Source of the DNA: Vicugna vicugna
Lineage: Eukaryota
Assembly: GCA_013265495.1 (NCBI GenBank)
Contig: MU061578.1
Span: 4,535,308-4,599,307, forward strand
Length of the DNA stretch: 64,000 nt
Direction of reading: 5' to 3'
The notes under the pieces are model-generated. The model was not told where the DNA came from. It worked only from the letters and a program-made list of their open reading frames with translations, and ran no database searches. This document shows, one piece after another, positions 48,799-64,000 of the stretch; positions within the stretch are counted from its first letter, which is position 1; every line of letters starts with the position of its first letter. A program made the position numbers and the translations under genes.

Positions 48799-50080
48799 AC
48801 AAACCTTTCTCTGCAAACCGTTTCCTCCCCACCCCCTCAGCAGCAGCCATTGCAAGTGGAAGTCAGTCCCAGGAACTTACAGGGACAGAGCTGGGGGGCT
48901 CCCAGGCTGTGTTCATGCCGGCTTTGGGTGAGGCTGGGGTTGCCAGTTCAGCTGGGGTTGGCTGTAGGAACTGCCCCTCTGCTCCATCCCTGCCCTCCCT
49001 GGGGTGGGGATGTCTGGGGTGCAGGGCCTGGGCTCTTTGACGGGCCTGAGGATGGAGGCCCTGTGCCCCTGAAGAGGGCAGCCTCTGGACAGACCCTTTG
49101 TCCCTGAACAGCAGCCTCAGGTCTTTGAGGTGTGACTGTGAGGGCCTGTCCCCAGGAAGGACCTCAGGCTCTGGGCTTGGCCCCCGCTGGGAGCCCTCCT
49201 TGAGGAAACCCCACCAACTCTGCCTTCCCCTCTGCCCAGAACCTGACCAACTGACCGACATCGCTGTCTGCCCTGTAAGCCATAGCGCATGCGCGCCCTA
49301 GGAATAAAGTCTTTCCTTGGAGCCTTGGCTGTCTCTGTCCTTGCTGAACCTTCAGTTTGGGCGGGGATAAGGGCGTCATGGTCCAAGCAGGGGGGTGCAG
49401 CCGAGCAGCTCCCCAAGTCTCAGCTGCTGGAAACTGAGTCCCATTCCTAAGCCTTCCCTCCCCAAATCCGTCTGCCTGGCAGCCAAGCCCAGGCCCCTCT
49501 TAGTTCTAGCTCCTCTTTTATCCCCCTCTCCTCCCCAGCCTACTTGGGATCCCCATGCCTCAGAAACCTTACCCCCTCTCACTCGCATCTCCCTGTGAAG
49601 CCTTCTGGGCCCCTGACACCCCCAGCAGGTACACACAGGTCACGCCTTCGGCCCTGTGGTGCCCTGCCTAGGCCTGCTAGTATTCCTTTGAGGCCAGGTG
49701 GCTCTGTAAACACTGGGGGTGGGGCCTCCTGGCAGAGGCTGGGCTCTCAGGGTGCACAAGTTCAGGAGGGGGCTGTGTTTCTAGGTCCCCAGCCAGATGC
49801 TGAGGGAGGCAGCCCAGGCTTCCAGTATCCCCAGAGGCTTCTGACAGCTGGCTGCAGCTGGCTCCCACGATCCAGCTCCCCAGCCCTCCCGGGCTTCTGC
49901 TCCCCCACCTCCCCTCTAGCTCGCAGCCCAGATTGTCACGTCCCCATCCCGGCCTCCCAGGCGGCCCCATTCCAGACACACGTGAGCACAGGCACACAGC
50001 TCATGCATGTGCTTCCCAGCCTGCCCCCATCCCCTAGGGGTAGAAGTCAGCCAGACCTTAACTGCAAACAACCCCCAAGC

Positions 50081-50086
50081 TTTATT
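50081..50086 (-). terminator. NTHL1 poly(A) signal AATAAA (minus strand)
   Basis: TTTATT on plus, 80 nt beyond the NTHL1 stop. Confidence 0.8.
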
Positions 50087-50166
50087 ATAAACAGGCTGTG
50101 GCTCCCCAGCAAAGGCACAGAACAGATAGTAGCCAAAGTGGCGCCCAGGCAGAGGCCCCATGGCCC

Positions 50167-55910
<5,744 letters not shown>

Positions 55911-56059
55911 CCCGGCGACGCCCGCGGCCCCGTCACGTTACTCGACACCTGCCCAGCCTTTCCGCGGGAGATCCACCCAGAACTACGACTCCCAGCAAGC
56001 CCTACGCCAGCCCCCGGCGCCCTCCCGCTGCCGGAAGCGCGGGTCGCGCTTCCGGCGGC

Positions 56060-56129
56060 GGCTTGGGGCCGGGGGTGTGCTCGGTTCTCCGCTCCGGGAC
56101 GGCCCGGCGCGAGGCAGGCGCGGTCAGTG
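56060..56129 (+). other. TSC2: TSC2 non-coding exon 1 (5' boundary unknown)
   Basis: Donor GTG|gtgagt at 56129/56130 inside the CpG island; the next acceptor cacag| at 56659 gives a 29-nt 5' UTR before the ATG. Confidence 0.6.
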
Positions 56130-56577
56130 GTGAGTGGCTCGCGGCGTTCCGACCGCTGGCGCCTGCTCCGACCGCGGGGTGGCCGGCCCCGACAGGGCCG
56201 CAGGGGAGGCGGCCTCTCCGGGCCTGCTTCGCGCTAAGGCGGCGGGGGCGGACCCCGCAGTGTCCGCGCCCACTGCAGCCTGACCCTGGAGCTCCAAGCT
56301 TTCTTTGGTTTTAAGTCATGTCTGGTGCGAGGGAGTCCCTGCTTCCGGCATCCCCTGATAGTCCTCCACAGGGGGAGATGGCAAACGTCAGGGCTCCTTG
56401 GACCCCACGGGGGCCGCCCCCGTCCCCAGTTCCCCTCCCTCACTCCATGCATTGAGTCAGACTATGCGGGTGTGCGGCCTGGCATTTCCCACGTTTATTT
56501 CTGGGCGGGACCTCCGGGTTGTGGTTAAGTTCTCCCAGGGGCTGTGGGAGGAAAGTACGTGCCCACTAGAGACCTAG

Positions 56578-63288
<6,711 letters not shown>

Positions 63289-63490
63289 GCAAGTGCAGTG
63301 GGCCTGGCGGGTGGTGAGGCGAGGGGGCCTGCGCTGGCTGCTGCTGGGCCTTCCCGAGGAGGCTTACCGTGTTTGCTGTTGCCCAGCACAGGCTAACTGG
63401 GAGCTTCCTGTTCCCGCGGAGTGGCTGCTCCGGAGGCCTGCCCTAAAGCTAGAGCGTACGCCTTATGTCCTTGATCTATCTGTCTATCTG

Positions 63491-63615
63491 TTTATTTAAA
63501 TTTTGGGGGGTGGGGGAATTAGGTTTATTTACTTACTTACTGGAGGTGCTGGGGATTGAACCTAGGACCTCATGCATGTTAAGCATGCTCTCTACCAGTG
63601 AACTGTACCCTCCCC
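63491..63615 (-). mobile_element. tRNA-Ala-derived SINE (Vic-1-like), antisense in TSC2 intron 9
   Basis: Minus strand: ggggagggtacagttcactggtagagagcatgcttaacatgcatgaggtcctaggttcaatccccagcacctcca, then aaataaacctaattccccc and an A-rich tail; same family as the copies at 27553 and 28603. Confidence 0.88.
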
Positions 63616-63629
63616 ATTTCTGCTCCAGA

Positions 63630-64000
63630 TCTCCTGCCATCTTCTGCCCTCTCCTGCTTCTGCCAGTAATCTCAGAATATTCCAAACCAAGCTCTGGACC
63701 TCCCTTCCACTCTTGGACCTCCTCCCATGGTGCTGCCTCACCTTTCATCCTGTCACCAGGCCCTCCTCTCCCCTCCCATAGCCAAACTGTCACCGGTCAT
63801 GTTGCTTCTGCCCCTGGGATGGCTCATCTATCTGCTCCCAGGACTTCCACCCCACCCTTCAGCTCTCACTTCCTCAATGCTCTCTTGCACCCACTCTTGG
63901 CCTCCTGAAGTCCATTCCTTCACACAGCAGCCGCACCTGCTTTTTCCAGCACAGATTTGACTGTGTTACTTTTTACGTGAAGCCGCAGTGGCTCCCAGTG
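63630..64000 (+). mobile_element. L2-like fragment, approximate bounds
   Basis: Pyrimidine-rich sequence ending 'ccattccttcacacagcagcc...gatttgactgtgttactttt...gcagtggctccca', L2-like. Confidence 0.45.

Overview
This is mammalian genomic DNA, GC-rich and gene-dense with several CpG islands. It is not prokaryotic: there are no operons, CRISPR arrays, rRNA genes or genuine tRNA genes. Gene content and order match the block I recall at human 16p13.3: NOXO1(-, 3' end runs off the left edge), GFER(+), SYNGR3(+), ZNF598(-), NPW(+), NHERF2/SLC9A3R2(+), NTHL1(-) and TSC2(+, coding exons up to c.848; runs off the right edge). All exon chains were built by hand from the sequence with splice-site and phase checks. 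The complete genes give intact frames: GFER 206 aa, SYNGR3 229 aa, ZNF598 915 aa, NPW 187 aa, NHERF2 337 aa and NTHL1 310 aa. Three short tRNA-Ala-derived SINEs point to a camelid genome (inference). I see no evidence for a wholly new gene system; most long ORFs in the track are intron read-throughs, antisense shadows or CpG-island artefacts. The best leads are: a pure (CAG)15 polyQ tract and a Tyr-to-Cys change in the ZNF598 RING; a TAGCAG tandem acceptor that would insert an Ala two residues before the NTHL1 catalytic Asp; a GC-AG donor in TSC2 intron 9; a CUG start for NPW; cysteine reshuffling in GFER; two candidate alternative starts for PDZ1-less NHERF2 (one at an orphan CTCF/TATA/GC-box promoter); and a palindromic two-way poly(A) signal between SYNGR3 and ZNF598. 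Comparisons to human/mouse proteins are from memory and need alignment to confirm. Repeat family names and boundaries are by eye and approximate.
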